Virus record (IMG/VR): IMGVR_UViG_3300032397_000015
Location: 1 to 56,100 of that record
Reading direction: 5' to 3' (one strand)
Source: a virus
Lineage: Duplodnaviria; Caudoviricetes
Length of the DNA: 56,100 nt
The notes beneath the pieces were generated by a model. The model did no database searches, was not told the origin of the DNA, and saw only the letters and a list, made by a program, of their open reading frames with translations. A program made the position numbers and the translations under genes. Shown here in pieces: positions 27,660-38,518 of the stretch (positions within the stretch are counted from its first letter, which is position 1; each line of letters begins with the position of its first letter).

Positions 27660-30600
27660 TCACGGGTCGGTGAAGGTGAGGAGTACGCCGTGGATTCGGT
27701 TCAAGCCGCTAACGACCAGGTACCTGAGTAGCAGATAGGTCGTGTTTGTTATCAGCGTGTTGACCGTAAGCGTCTGCGACTCAATCGCGCTGCCGGTGCC
27801 GTCTGCGGTGCCGGCGACAACAGGGGAGCCGGCGCCGCCAGTCGTATAGGTTACTTCCGTTACACTCGGGGTCACGGAGTTGACCGACTGCGGGCTATAG
27901 AAGAACTGGGCCGTCTTTAGGTATTTACCCGCCTCCAGTGGAACGTTGGCTACGAGGTGTCCGGCCGCACCGGCGTTGCCGTAACCGCCCTGAGTCGCAT
28001 AGCTCATAGCCGACGACTCGCCGACAAAATCCCAGGCGCCGACGTATACGTACCTGTCTCCGTGCTTGTAGCGACCGGTTCCGCTGACGGTGACGTGCTG
28101 GTTGACCGACGCCGTCAGACCAGCCTGAGCAGTGATCAGGTCGAGCGCATCGACGGTGTCAAGGAACGCCTCAAACCTGTTAGCAGCAACGCCCGTTGCG
28201 CCAAGTGCGCGAGTCGTGCCGTCGGTCAGGATGTTCGCGCCCATCGTGAGCGCGCCTGTCATCGTGTCGCCCGCTACCTTCACGCGGGCATCGCCAGCGG
28301 CGAACACAAGCGGACCCGTCATCGTATCGCCACCGACCTTCACGCGCTCGTTGACGGCGTCAGTGATGGTGTCGGTCGAGACGCCGTCGAACTCCTTGTG
28401 GGTGGCGCTCGACAGCTTGATGCCGTCGTCTGTGATGGTCGAGGCGCGAGTGTTGTCGTCCTCGAACTCGAGCTGACCCAGCCCCTCAGGCTGGCGCAGG
28501 CGGCGACCGACGTTGCTGATCAGAAATGCCAGCGAGCCCGCTGAGCCGCTGACGCGACCCTCGCAGCTCGACATGAACACTGGGGTGGTGCGGGTGCCGG
28601 CGAGCTCGTAGATCACTTTGGTTGAATCGGCGGCGTCGCTGCTGCAACCAATGAGGTGAACATTTTGAGAGTCATCGGAGATGCTCAGCTTGCCCTTGCC
28701 GTCGGCAAATTTGGCCGAGCGGATGACAGCACCGGAGGAACGCAGCAGGCTCAGAGACGCGTCCGCGGCCGTGTTGACGACCTTGGTCAGGTCTAGCCCG
28801 TCGACCATGATCTCCAAGCAGTCGCTGACGGAAATGCTGGCAGTCGATGGGCCGATCAGCTTGACGCCGCGAATCACGGGGCGGTTGAGATCTCCCAGGG
28901 AGACAAGCGGCGAGGTATCCGCGCTGGTGCGGGCGATGGTCAGATTCTCGAACCGCACGCCAGACGCATATAGCCGTGCCGTGCCGGCAACCGGCGCCCC
29001 AGCCGCGCTGTTCTCTACGAGAACCCGAGCGAGCCCGGTCGATGGATGCCATCCCAGGTTGCGCAGGACCACGTGCTCGCCGCTGCTCAGTGCGATGACG
29101 TCGCCGGGGCGGGCCAGGTCCAGGGCGATGTTGGCGGTGTCCGTCAAAACACCGCCCGATGCCGTGACCGCGAACCCGGCCGCAGCTGTTCCACGAACAC
29201 TGGCACCGATTGCGGCGGCCCCCGTGAAGTCGGCAACGATGACTGCCGCCCCCTCTCCGCGAACGGATGCGCCACCGCCCAGGAGCTCCACGAATCCAGT
29301 GACGTGGTGGATGCCTGCCCGCAGGACGACCTCTCCACCGCCCAGGCGAATGGTCTGGGCGATGGCTTCGGCGTAGCTTCCGAACCCCTGGAAGTCGCCG
29401 TTTTGCCCGACGACGATTGGGTAGTTCATCTTCTTGGGACGGGTGTTAAACACCTCGAACCGCTTACCGTGACCATCGATCGTGGCTGATGCCGCCGCCG
29501 GGACCGACCAGGTACCCAGGTACAAGTCCTTGGGGTGGCGCATCGTGGCGCCGGCGGCGCCTAGCGCAAGGGGGGCGAACTTGGCGTCGCTGCCCATCAG
29601 GTAGGTTGCCGCAAATTCGCCAAGCGGCCCCCGTCGCAGGGACAGGTCGTTGAATGAGTCGCTCGTTCCAGATGAGTTGAAGGCTCCGGTTGCCGCCTGC
29701 AACGGCTGTGGCACGCGCCCACTCTTGAGGAGCGGGGTGGCCAAGGTCAGCGAGTAGAAATTGGTCTCGGCCGGCGCCGAGCTGCTGGTCTTGAAGGCGA
29801 CGCAGATCTGTCCCGCCTCTCCAACATCAGCTGCCAGGCCGACGATGCCGTGCGTCGAGAGGCCGGCATCCAAGCGCACTAGCTGCGGCTGGACGTTGAG
29901 AAGCTTGAATCCCAGCTCACGCCCGAACCCCTTCTCATAGGCCAGCAGGTAGTCGGGCCGGGTTCCAGCCGACAGACCGGCGGTGAATACGTAGGTCTCG
30001 TCGTGCGGAGTGACGACCACGGCCGGTGTACGAACGTTAAGAAATGCAGTACCGACGGCTCCGGTGCCGACGGTTCCAGCAAGGCCGACTGGGCCGGTGT
30101 TGCCGGAATCGATGGCGACGTCGGCTGCTGCAAAGACCAGGTCCTGGTTGACCGTGTTGCCAGCCGCATCGATGGTGGCAACAACGAGATCGCCGAACTC
30201 GTTCGTCCCGGTGCCGCGAATATGGGCGACCGTGATCGTGCCATGGCTGTCGACGCCGATGCTGGGCCAGGTGTCGTTGGCTGCAGTGTCGGAGCCGTTG
30301 ACGATGCGGGGCGCGATGTCAGCCAGCCCGAAGCCTGCGCCCGCGGTGACCTTGCGGCGGGTATAGTAGACCTGCTGATGCGGGCCGCCCTCGGTGTGCT
30401 CGAAGACGACGTGCAGGTTCTCGTTGTGGTCCAAGACTGCGCGGGCATGTGAGATCTGTCCCGGCAGCGTCTCGAGCGTAAAGGGGGCGTCGACCAGGGC
30501 TCCGCTCGCCGCATCGAAGCTGACCAGCCGCAGGTTGATGCCATCAACGTACAGCAGCAGGACAGCCGAGTCGGATGCTCGCTGTCCCGGCAAGACGGTT

Positions 30601-31463
30601 GACGTCATGACGCCGCCGGACAGCAACGTCGCTAGCGGGAACCCGCCGCCGGTTGGGCCTCCGAGGATCTTCAGCGCGAAGGCATCGCCCCAGGCAAACC
30701 ACTGTTGGTTCACGCTGCCGCCGCGACGGGCAAAGTAGGCGGGGCGTGTGACCCCAACGCCGCTGTCCAAGATCGACACGCCCGAGCCTCCGATGGCCGC
30801 GCCGATGATCTGCTTGACCTCGGGCGTGACGGCGTCGACCTGCCGCAGGACGATATGATCGTTGCGATCGAAAGAGGTGCTTGGGCGAACCGGGGCCTGG
30901 TCCAGCGACCGACCGGTATTTGACGCTCCGGCCGGCAGCGGGCGACGCTTGCCGGAAGGGTCGACAACTAGTCCACGGTAGGCCGACATCGACGTAACAA
31001 CACCGGCGACATCGCGCTGGTCAGCAATGCCGAGATCGACCTCGCCGCCCACATCGGAATCAGTCTCCAGCGCCGAGGCGACATTGACGCTTTCGGAGTT
31101 GGTCCAGCGACCGTTCGTCTTGTAGGCGACCACGACGCTGGCCGCTGCCAGGCCGGCGTCGGCGGTGACGGAGAATGAGATGCCGCTGTCTGGGTCATCG
31201 TCGGGAATGGCGGCCAGCAGGAACCAGGGCTCGGCTGAGGTCGGGACCGCGATACCCGTGGCGGGCGCCAGGCCGGTCGCAACGATGCCACGCTGCAAAA
31301 TGGTAGCGGGAGCTACCGTAACAACAACGGAGTCATCGGAGGTCTCTCCGCCGCTCAAGTAGCCGTCGCGCCCCATCAGCAGGCTGGTCAGCCCTTGGAA
31401 GGTTGCGCCTGTATAGGGCGAGCGAAAGGATACGGTTTTGGTGGCGGCGACGGTGACGGCCAT
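27660..31463 (-). CDS. Tail fibre / tailspike with beta-helix-like region
   Basis: 1267 aa; pectin-lyase-like start AEAIAQ...GGGEVVLRAGIH...VRGEG; fibre repeat RVKV(G/A)GDTMTG occurs twice. Confidence 0.75.
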   Translation of the reverse strand: MAVTVAATKTVSFRSPYTGATFQGLTSLLMGRDGYLSGGETSDDSVVVTVAPATILQRGIVATGLAPATGIAVPTSAEPWFLLAAIPDDDPDSGISFSVTADAGLAAASVVVAYKTNGRWTNSESVNVASALETDSDVGGEVDLGIADQRDVAGVVTSMSAYRGLVVDPSGKRRPLPAGASNTGRSLDQAPVRPSTSFDRNDHIVLRQVDAVTPEVKQIIGAAIGGSGVSILDSGVGVTRPAYFARRGGSVNQQWFAWGDAFALKILGGPTGGGFPLATLLSGGVMTSTVLPGQRASDSAVLLLYVDGINLRLVSFDAASGALVDAPFTLETLPGQISHARAVLDHNENLHVVFEHTEGGPHQQVYYTRRKVTAGAGFGLADIAPRIVNGSDTAANDTWPSIGVDSHGTITVAHIRGTGTNEFGDLVVATIDAAGNTVNQDLVFAAADVAIDSGNTGPVGLAGTVGTGAVGTAFLNVRTPAVVVTPHDETYVFTAGLSAGTRPDYLLAYEKGFGRELGFKLLNVQPQLVRLDAGLSTHGIVGLAADVGEAGQICVAFKTSSSAPAETNFYSLTLATPLLKSGRVPQPLQAATGAFNSSGTSDSFNDLSLRRGPLGEFAATYLMGSDAKFAPLALGAAGATMRHPKDLYLGTWSVPAAASATIDGHGKRFEVFNTRPKKMNYPIVVGQNGDFQGFGSYAEAIAQTIRLGGGEVVLRAGIHHVTGFVELLGGGASVRGEGAAVIVADFTGAAAIGASVRGTAAAGFAVTASGGVLTDTANIALDLARPGDVIALSSGEHVVLRNLGWHPSTGLARVLVENSAAGAPVAGTARLYASGVRFENLTIARTSADTSPLVSLGDLNRPVIRGVKLIGPSTASISVSDCLEIMVDGLDLTKVVNTAADASLSLLRSSGAVIRSAKFADGKGKLSISDDSQNVHLIGCSSDAADSTKVIYELAGTRTTPVFMSSCEGRVSGSAGSLAFLISNVGRRLRQPEGLGQLEFEDDNTRASTITDDGIKLSSATHKEFDGVSTDTITDAVNERVKVGGDTMTGPLVFAAGDARVKVAGDTMTGALTMGANILTDGTTRALGATGVAANRFEAFLDTVDALDLITAQAGLTASVNQHVTVSGTGRYKHGDRYVYVGAWDFVGESSAMSYATQGGYGNAGAAGHLVANVPLEAGKYLKTAQFFYSPQSVNSVTPSVTEVTYTTGGAGSPVVAGTADGTGSAIESQTLTVNTLITNTTYLLLRYLVVSGLNRIHGVLLTFTDP

Positions 31464-31465
31464 GA

Positions 31466-33058
31466 CTACCTCCGTACCACGACGCGGATCTCACAGCCGC
31501 CTGCGAGCTGGTCAACTCCAGCAGAATCAGTGAACAGCGCCTCGAGTTGCGGCGAACCGGTGAGGCTGTCAGGATTGGCGTTCAAAAGCGCCAGCGTCAC
31601 CTCCATTTCGGTTGACCTGACGTAGAGCGATGGGACGAGGAATGGTGCGTGCTTGCGATCTCCTGCGATCGGCGCGATCCCAGTGATGGCCAGGCTGGTC
31701 ATGAACTCTCGCCGCACGACCGGCCTGTAGACGACCCCTGAACCAATTACACGACACCAGACATCAACCGACGCTGGATTGGCTCCGAGGTTGTGCACGA
31801 AGCTGGTCGATATTCCGGCGAGCCACCCGGAGTCGACTGACCCGCCCTGTGCAAAATTAGTAGGCGCCAGCAGCGCACCGGTCTCAATGAACCGGCCAAT
31901 GTAGACCCGCCCCTCGACCTTGGGTGGGCGGGCTGTCGCCGACGTGCTTCCGGTCGAGACGACCCCGAAGTTTGGGTGCCAGTTGTCGCGAACGTGCCAT
32001 GGGAAGCCGGTGACAGCGGCCGGGAACACGCCCTTGATCGTCAGGTTGGTTTCTTCTGATCCGCCGACCAGGCCCTCGATCACGTATTCGCCCTGGGCGA
32101 GACCTGACTCCACCACCAGGACGTCACCCGGCTTGACCTTGCCGATGTTGAGCGGAGCTCCAGTGAGAAACTTGGCCGATGGCGAGGTGAAGAGGTTGCC
32201 GCTGGAGGAGCCGTCGCTGGCCGCAACTTCGGGTTGCAGTTTGCGCAAGTCCCTTTGCGCCGGGGTTCCGCCCGCTCCCGCAAACTTGAACAGCGCCGTG
32301 GGCGTGTACCCGGCCTGAACTCGCTCGACATAGACCCACGCGTAATGAGTGGGCGTGACGCCGAGGCCGCTGTAGTCCAGCTCGACATCTTCCCTGAGAC
32401 GGAAAGCGTAGCCGTCGATATTGAACAGGGCCGCGGTGCCAGAATTGAACCTGATCTTGTACGCCCCAACCCCGGTGATGAACGGGCTACCGCCGCCGAC
32501 TACCAGACCCGGCTCCCATCCGCGCAGATGATGAGGCGAGGAGGACTGCTCCAGGCTTCGGCCGAAGCCGCTACCGACCAGCGCGAGCGCGTCGGCTACC
32601 CCGCCGTGCGGGTACCCTTCGACCGACGTGCTGACGGCACCGGAGTGAGGAGATCCTGCCCCGGCGCTGCCAAACGCCGGAATCGGAGTAAACCTACCGC
32701 CATCGACCGGGGCTCCTGCCGCGTACAGCTGGGCGTCGGTGTCGTTCAGTCTGGCCACTGGAGAGCCAAAGCTGCCGGTCCACGCCGACTCGGCCATGTC
32801 CAGGAGGCCGGGGGACGACGACAGGTCCAGTGTGCCGTCGGCATTGATAGAGACGTCCAGGCGAGTGGCAAGGCTGCCCAGGGAGCCGCGGAGGGCGGCC
32901 CAGGTTGGGGTGGCGGATGTCCCGATCAGCGAGTTCGACAGATCCTCGCAGAAGTCGTCGATCGACTCCATGTTCTGGTTGACCGGCGCGTTCCAGCTAT
33001 TCACGAACTCGTAGAGCTCGGGCAGGATCAGGTTCAGGAAGTTCGAGCGAGAGGACAT
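31466..33058 (-). CDS. Tail fibre-associated structural protein
   Basis: 530 aa; N-terminal LNLILPE...WNAPVNQNMESID fibre-attachment-like motif; C-terminal FVHNLGANP. Confidence 0.7.
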   Translation of the reverse strand: MSSRSNFLNLILPELYEFVNSWNAPVNQNMESIDDFCEDLSNSLIGTSATPTWAALRGSLGSLATRLDVSINADGTLDLSSSPGLLDMAESAWTGSFGSPVARLNDTDAQLYAAGAPVDGGRFTPIPAFGSAGAGSPHSGAVSTSVEGYPHGGVADALALVGSGFGRSLEQSSSPHHLRGWEPGLVVGGGSPFITGVGAYKIRFNSGTAALFNIDGYAFRLREDVELDYSGLGVTPTHYAWVYVERVQAGYTPTALFKFAGAGGTPAQRDLRKLQPEVAASDGSSSGNLFTSPSAKFLTGAPLNIGKVKPGDVLVVESGLAQGEYVIEGLVGGSEETNLTIKGVFPAAVTGFPWHVRDNWHPNFGVVSTGSTSATARPPKVEGRVYIGRFIETGALLAPTNFAQGGSVDSGWLAGISTSFVHNLGANPASVDVWCRVIGSGVVYRPVVRREFMTSLAITGIAPIAGDRKHAPFLVPSLYVRSTEMEVTLALLNANPDSLTGSPQLEALFTDSAGVDQLAGGCEIRVVVRR

Positions 33059-33070
33059 GCAGCTTCTCCG

Positions 33071-33715
33071 TTAGGTCGAGGCGACCGTGATTGTCCAGGT
33101 GATCGTGATGGTCACGTCCTCGGCGTTGTCGAATGACGCGGACTTGAACGTCCGCGTGGACAGCATAACCTCGTCCGGATCTGGCTGGTCGGGCAGGCTG
33201 AGCGGAACCCTGTTCTTCTGCCTCCTGTCTCCGCCTCCGGTCAGAATGCCGTCGCCGATGATGAGCGACGCCTCATTGATCATCTTGGCGGCCAGCTGGT
33301 AGCTGGTCGGATCGACGCCCACGGAATTGAAGCTGCCAACGAAGCGCATTGAGGTGGCGGTCGGCGTCGTGAACACCGAGATGTCCTGGCGCAAGATCTC
33401 ATGATAAAGGTCGGTTCTGGCCGGCCAGGTAGCGTCTGGAAGCTTAGGGTTGAACAGCTCGGTCGGAGGCGTGCCGCCGTCACCTACTGCCATCCGGAAG
33501 ATGGAGCCAGTAAAGCCGGCGCCATTGGGGCCGATGAGCAGGTCTCGGATGGCTTCGAGGCCGACGTTGACGATGAAGTTCTTGCTGTCGTGGATGAGCT
33601 CCGGATCGGAACCCGCCACCTGGCGCTCGACCTTCACGTGACCAATGAATCCCAGGCCCTCACGGATCGGCTTGATTCGTGGCTCCAGGAATCGCAGGAA
33701 GGGCGGCAAACGCAT
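33071..33715 (-). CDS. Tail collar / fibre-attachment protein
   Basis: NFIVNVG...MAVGDGG...INEASL...ITWTI pattern of tail-collar proteins. Confidence 0.6.
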   Translation of the reverse strand: MRLPPFLRFLEPRIKPIREGLGFIGHVKVERQVAGSDPELIHDSKNFIVNVGLEAIRDLLIGPNGAGFTGSIFRMAVGDGGTPPTELFNPKLPDATWPARTDLYHEILRQDISVFTTPTATSMRFVGSFNSVGVDPTSYQLAAKMINEASLIIGDGILTGGGDRRQKNRVPLSLPDQPDPDEVMLSTRTFKSASFDNAEDVTITITWTITVAST

Positions 33716-33727
33716 GATTGACCTCGG

Positions 33728-33757
33728 ATTCTAGTCGTACGCCTGCCGCACCGTCAA
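33728..33757 (-). promoter_or_regulatory. sigma70-like promoter TTGACG-N18-TAGAAT
   Basis: Lies in the intergenic gap upstream of the 33715 start. Confidence 0.7.
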
Positions 33758-33768
33758 TGAAACCCCCA

Positions 33769-36159
33769 CTAGATGGCGAAGGCGTCGGTCACCACAGGCC
33801 CAGCATTGTTTGTCCGTTTCAGAGCACAGGAGCAGATCGCATGATCTTGTACCGCAACCGCCGGCGGCACGCCTACGCCGATCTCGTAAACTGTCAGGTC
33901 TGCCGACGTGATGGCCTGGACTTCGGCCCCGACATTCGACAGGTCCACTAACAACAACGCCTTGACCTCTTCAGCGGTCAGCGACGTGTCGGCGATGTTG
34001 GCGTTCGATTTTGTGTTCAAGATTGACGGGGTCGAATACGCCGTCCCTGACAGGTTGACGTTTTCTCGACGTAGATGAACTGCATCGTTGTCTGGCAAGC
34101 GCTCGCTTGGGATGACCACGTAGTCGACTCCCAGGACGCCTACGATCAGCGCGTCGGGGATATCCAGGGATAAGACCGATGGGCTGATTCGCCGCAGGAC
34201 CTGATGGTAGCCCTGGAAGATGCCCGACTTGATCTGGACGACGTCGAATCGGTCCACGCCCAGGGCGGCAAAGTTGAGGGACGAGTCCTGAAAGTTACCA
34301 GTCAGCTGAGTGCCGCCACCGATCACGGTCCCGGTGGCCTGTTGGACCAGGAAGTTATTGAACTGGTAGGACTGGTTCCACTGGTTGTTGCTAACAGTGG
34401 TGCTCAGGTCGAAGTTGATTTCCGTTGGGGGCAGGTCCTCTGACACCAAGAGACCCTCCGTCTCTTCGGAGGCAAACGAGAAGACGTACTGCGTCCACTG
34501 CGGCTTCATGTTGTCCAGAAAGGTCGTGAGCTCGTTGACGTTCACGACTGCGGTCAACGCCTCGACCAAGATGGACGGCAAGAACAGATGGTTCTCAAGC
34601 AGTGTCAGCGCCCGAGTCTCATCGCTAAGACCAGAACCCAGCGTGGCATTTGACGTCAAGAACTTGCTGATGCCGGCCCGCCCCAGGCGATTAGCCACAA
34701 ACCCAGGCTCATTGTTCCGATCGGTGATCGTAACGCCGGTGGTCAGCGAATCGAATCTAGAGACGGCGTTGCCTACTGCGACCACGGCGGCGAGGCCCGC
34801 CGGGATGGAGTAGGTCAAGATCTGTCCACGGGAGTCGGTGATCCCTATCGAGGTCGAGGTAAGCGAGGTCACGGTTCCGTCTCGCTTGGCAAATGGAAGG
34901 CCGAGAAGGATGTGCATGCCGCGCTGCAGGTTGCCGGGGGTGGACCCGGTCCAGAACGTGTACCAGAGCCCCTGGAGCGCGAGCTTGTAGTTCTCGGAGT
35001 TCTCTCTGAAGAAGTCGATCAGGACACCGAAATTGCGGTACGGCGTTTCGAGGTTCAGCTTGGTAACCTCGGCCCACGCCTGCCGCTGACGGTTAGCCTC
35101 CGGGCCGATCTCCGACTTCAGGAAGGCGGCCCGAACGCCCAAGACACCGCCCGAGACGCGGTAGTCGACGTTTTCGACCAGGATCGATGTCGGAGAGTCG
35201 ATCAGGTCCTGAAGGACGGGGATGGAGGCGATCGACGAACTGACGCGAACGCCGTGCGGGAAGGCGTTGATGGAGTAGCCGACGTCTGTGGCTTGGGCAA
35301 CTGGGAAAAGCTCTGCGATCTGCAGCTCGGTAGGGCTGAGCACGGCATTGATGGAGTACGTTCCAACATTCGGTCCGCTCGTAATCGTCAACGTCCGGTT
35401 GGGCAACAACCCGCTGAAGTCGGCGGCCAGGTCGGTCAAGGTGCCAATTGCCACCGAGGCACGTGACCCTTCCATCTGCACCGTGACCGTTCCGTTATAT
35501 GTGTATGAAACGGCGACGGTGGCGCCGTCTGGTATGGCCGATGCTGCAGTTCTGGCGATGGACCCGCGCACGGAATCGACAACGTAGTCCAGGTTCAGCG
35601 TGTACTCAGAGTGGCTGTACCGAACGGTCAGGATTTCAGTGGGCGGAATGCGTCCTTCGTCCAGGGCCTGGATGCTCCCATCGGACAGGTTAACAACGTA
35701 ATCACGACCAGAAGTCAGCTCGATTGCGCCCAGCATGATCGAGATCGTGCCGGCGATGATCTTGCCGTATCTAAGCTGGTGCACGGCGTTGTCAAAGAAG
35801 CGGATGGTCTCCTCGTGGTAAATCTGCCCCGACAGCGACGTCACCCTGACCGTCTCAAAGAACGCCGTTTCCCGCGAGAGCGCGGCCGAGGCGGTCATCG
35901 CCAGCAAGACCTGGTCGGTCTGCTCGAACAGGTCGCAGAAATCCTCATTCATCTGGAAGCGATTCCAGCGCTCGGTGGAAAACACCGGCACCGTGGCCAT
36001 CTGGGTCGACTGAGACATCTCCAGAATTCGATGCTCCAGGCTGGCAGCTATCTGGATCTGCCCCTTCCAGTACGACTCGAATAGCCTGCGGTCCTCCGTC
36101 GGGAGCAAGTCCCAAACGTCATCCAGGAACCGCCAAAGAAATGAGGACGAGATGCTCAT
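33769..36159 (-). CDS. Baseplate wedge protein (gpI/gp7-like)
   Basis: 796 aa; FWTGSTPGNLQRGMHILLG and FLDNMKPQWT resemble gpI-like wedge proteins; lies next to the J-like gene. Confidence 0.6.
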   Translation of the reverse strand: MSISSSFLWRFLDDVWDLLPTEDRRLFESYWKGQIQIAASLEHRILEMSQSTQMATVPVFSTERWNRFQMNEDFCDLFEQTDQVLLAMTASAALSRETAFFETVRVTSLSGQIYHEETIRFFDNAVHQLRYGKIIAGTISIMLGAIELTSGRDYVVNLSDGSIQALDEGRIPPTEILTVRYSHSEYTLNLDYVVDSVRGSIARTAASAIPDGATVAVSYTYNGTVTVQMEGSRASVAIGTLTDLAADFSGLLPNRTLTITSGPNVGTYSINAVLSPTELQIAELFPVAQATDVGYSINAFPHGVRVSSSIASIPVLQDLIDSPTSILVENVDYRVSGGVLGVRAAFLKSEIGPEANRQRQAWAEVTKLNLETPYRNFGVLIDFFRENSENYKLALQGLWYTFWTGSTPGNLQRGMHILLGLPFAKRDGTVTSLTSTSIGITDSRGQILTYSIPAGLAAVVAVGNAVSRFDSLTTGVTITDRNNEPGFVANRLGRAGISKFLTSNATLGSGLSDETRALTLLENHLFLPSILVEALTAVVNVNELTTFLDNMKPQWTQYVFSFASEETEGLLVSEDLPPTEINFDLSTTVSNNQWNQSYQFNNFLVQQATGTVIGGGTQLTGNFQDSSLNFAALGVDRFDVVQIKSGIFQGYHQVLRRISPSVLSLDIPDALIVGVLGVDYVVIPSERLPDNDAVHLRRENVNLSGTAYSTPSILNTKSNANIADTSLTAEEVKALLLVDLSNVGAEVQAITSADLTVYEIGVGVPPAVAVQDHAICSCALKRTNNAGPVVTDAFAI

Positions 36160-36458
36160 CGTGCGGCCATGTACCAGCGGTTGTACTTGTTGCGATCAAT
36201 CGGGTCCCTGGCGCCGGTGACTGACCCCTGGGCGCCCGCCACGATCTGTGACACGACGTCGCGTTCGTTGCCGATCCGCGACGAGGCCCTGCCGGGAATG
36301 CTTACCAACGCGTACGGCACGGCGCCGGCGCCCATCATGCCGGCCGGGGCCGAATTGGTGTTCATGCTAGAGGAGGTCTCGGTCTCCATGGCACGCTTCA
36401 CCATGGCGTTAACCGCCGACAGCTTCACCAGTTCGTCTACAAAGCTCACGAGGTTCAT
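36156..36458 (-). CDS. Small hypothetical protein with FVDELVKLSA / VKRA leader
   Basis: 100 aa, overlapping neighbours at both ends. Confidence 0.65.
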   Translation of the reverse strand: MNLVSFVDELVKLSAVNAMVKRAMETETSSSMNTNSAPAGMMGAGAVPYALVSIPGRASSRIGNERDVVSQIVAGAQGSVTGARDPIDRNKYNRWYMAAR

Positions 36459-38518
36459 ACGACATTCCTCTGCACGGCGATGTTGCGGGCCAGGAAGCGG
36501 GCGATGCGGGGAGATAGCGGCTTGTCCGTTGGGTCGGGAATCTCATCGTCGGGAATCGACATCGAACCAGTTGAATCCGGCGTCCTGAACTCGACCGTCC
36601 CGTCATGGAGGTGAATCTCCCCGCGCAGCTTGTTCAAGCTGGCCAGGTCCACCCTTGAAGCTCCGTTGTTGTACATGACGTCGATCAGGTCCGAGAGCTC
36701 AAGGTCGTCGCCCTTGTCAATGTTGGTGACGAATCCTTCTACCAGGGCCAGCATCTCATCGGCTGTGATAGCAGTCGTCGAGGTGGCCGATGGAATGTCG
36801 TAAATGATGGCCGATGACGAATCCACAAACACCGGGATGAAGTGGCGGGCGAGCAGCGAGGCGGTAACGCTCTGATTGTCCCGGTCATCCATGAACGCCT
36901 GGATCGGCGGCACTGCGCTGGCATGCTGGTAATTGATCCGGATCGAGAAGCCGGTGTAGGCAGAGGCGAAGTCCAGGTACAGATCCTCGCGCTGCGAGTG
37001 GCGCAGCGTGGGCTCGTTGACCAGCATGCGATAGTTAGATCCGCCGCCGATCCCGAAGCCGCCTGTCCCGAACCCGCCAGATCCGAAGCCGCCGACAGGA
37101 GAAATCAGGGCTCCGGTCGGGTCACCAGAGATGGGGTCCAAGACCTGGATGGACTCGATGAACATGACGGGGACATCGGTAACCGTGTACGGGGCCCGCT
37201 CGGTCGTGCGAGGCGTGGCGACGATGTCAACGGCGACCGGGTTGTACTCATACTTGACCGTCAACAGGTCGTCGACCTGATAGCTGACGGCGGCAGCAGA
37301 CCCAGCCGGGAAGCTGCCGTAGATCTCGATCACGTCGTTGCTGATGTGCTGCTTGACCGTGTACGTACCGGCGACGATGGCGGGGAGGCTGATGGTCAAG
37401 ACCATGTCCTGGCGAACGCCTACGAAGCCGCCAATCTTGGTCAGCTGCTTGCTCGTCGTGACCGTGGCAGCGCTGCTGGCAACGTGAAAGATGGATGATC
37501 CTGCCGGACGGGACAGCAGTCCAGACGAGTCCAGGATGACGTAATCAGACCCCTCGGCGTAGGTGAAGGCGCCGTCGATGGTCCTGACGATGGGCGTCAC
37601 GCTGGTTCGGTCAATCGGGGCGCGACCAAGACCGTAGGCAACATCCTGGACCAGGGTCACGACCGATGCTCCGCCCGGAGAGCGACGGGTCGTGTCGACC
37701 TCAAGACCGAAGATGTCCTTCGACCCCGCAACGAAATTAGGCGTCTTGACGTAGACGTCGGCACTGCCGCCGATGTGCGTGTTGTAGACGATGTCACGCA
37801 TCATCTCGGGGTCGCCGAAGCCCACGGGGAAGATCTCCTCGATGGTCGTAAAGTTCTCCGTCAGCGTGACGACGATGCCGCGGCCGGTGACGAGGGCTCG
37901 CACAGTGACGGCGACCTTGATCCGGTCGATGAGCTCAGTGTTGGTTTCCCTGTCTCTGCCCTGCGCAACGCCGAACAGGTTTGTGACATTGGCGACGCCA
38001 ACCGGCTCCGCTTCCATCGTCGTGATGCCGCCGGGGCCAACGTTAAACCCCGCCCCTTCTTCGAGAGCAACGATAGGGAAGTCCACGAAGTACAGAGAGC
38101 CATCTTGGTTCAGGCTCACTTCGGCGGCGGTCACCCCGATTGACTCCGAGTTGGTGTATCGCAGCCCCGCGGAGCTTCGGAAAACCAGAACCCCCTGCGC
38201 GAAGCTGAAGTCTTGAGGCTCGAAGAATCGCACCCTCATGACGTCTGAACCAATCGACCCAGGGTTGCGTTCGACGAAGACGTTCGACGCCAGTCCGTCA
38301 ACGATGTCTTCTGGAAACGTGTCAGGGTCGGATGACCCAAGGATGGTCAAGATCGACTGACTGGCCTGAACTACCGTGAGCTCATTTGCAATCGGCTGCA
38401 GAATGATCGACAGGGGGTCGATAAAAAGGCTGGTCGTGGGGACGCCCGAACCGACATCGAAGCTCGGGTCGAACTCGAGCAGCTGCTGAATGATGAAATC
38501 TTTGACTGGGAGGGACAT
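36455..38518 (-). CDS. Baseplate J-like protein (gp6/gp47)
   Basis: IVALEEGAGFNV...VTNLFGVAQGRDRETNTELIDRI is the baseplate J signature; also GGSADVYV. Confidence 0.85.
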   Translation of the reverse strand: MSLPVKDFIIQQLLEFDPSFDVGSGVPTTSLFIDPLSIILQPIANELTVVQASQSILTILGSSDPDTFPEDIVDGLASNVFVERNPGSIGSDVMRVRFFEPQDFSFAQGVLVFRSSAGLRYTNSESIGVTAAEVSLNQDGSLYFVDFPIVALEEGAGFNVGPGGITTMEAEPVGVANVTNLFGVAQGRDRETNTELIDRIKVAVTVRALVTGRGIVVTLTENFTTIEEIFPVGFGDPEMMRDIVYNTHIGGSADVYVKTPNFVAGSKDIFGLEVDTTRRSPGGASVVTLVQDVAYGLGRAPIDRTSVTPIVRTIDGAFTYAEGSDYVILDSSGLLSRPAGSSIFHVASSAATVTTSKQLTKIGGFVGVRQDMVLTISLPAIVAGTYTVKQHISNDVIEIYGSFPAGSAAAVSYQVDDLLTVKYEYNPVAVDIVATPRTTERAPYTVTDVPVMFIESIQVLDPISGDPTGALISPVGGFGSGGFGTGGFGIGGGSNYRMLVNEPTLRHSQREDLYLDFASAYTGFSIRINYQHASAVPPIQAFMDDRDNQSVTASLLARHFIPVFVDSSSAIIYDIPSATSTTAITADEMLALVEGFVTNIDKGDDLELSDLIDVMYNNGASRVDLASLNKLRGEIHLHDGTVEFRTPDSTGSMSIPDDEIPDPTDKPLSPRIARFLARNIAVQRNVV

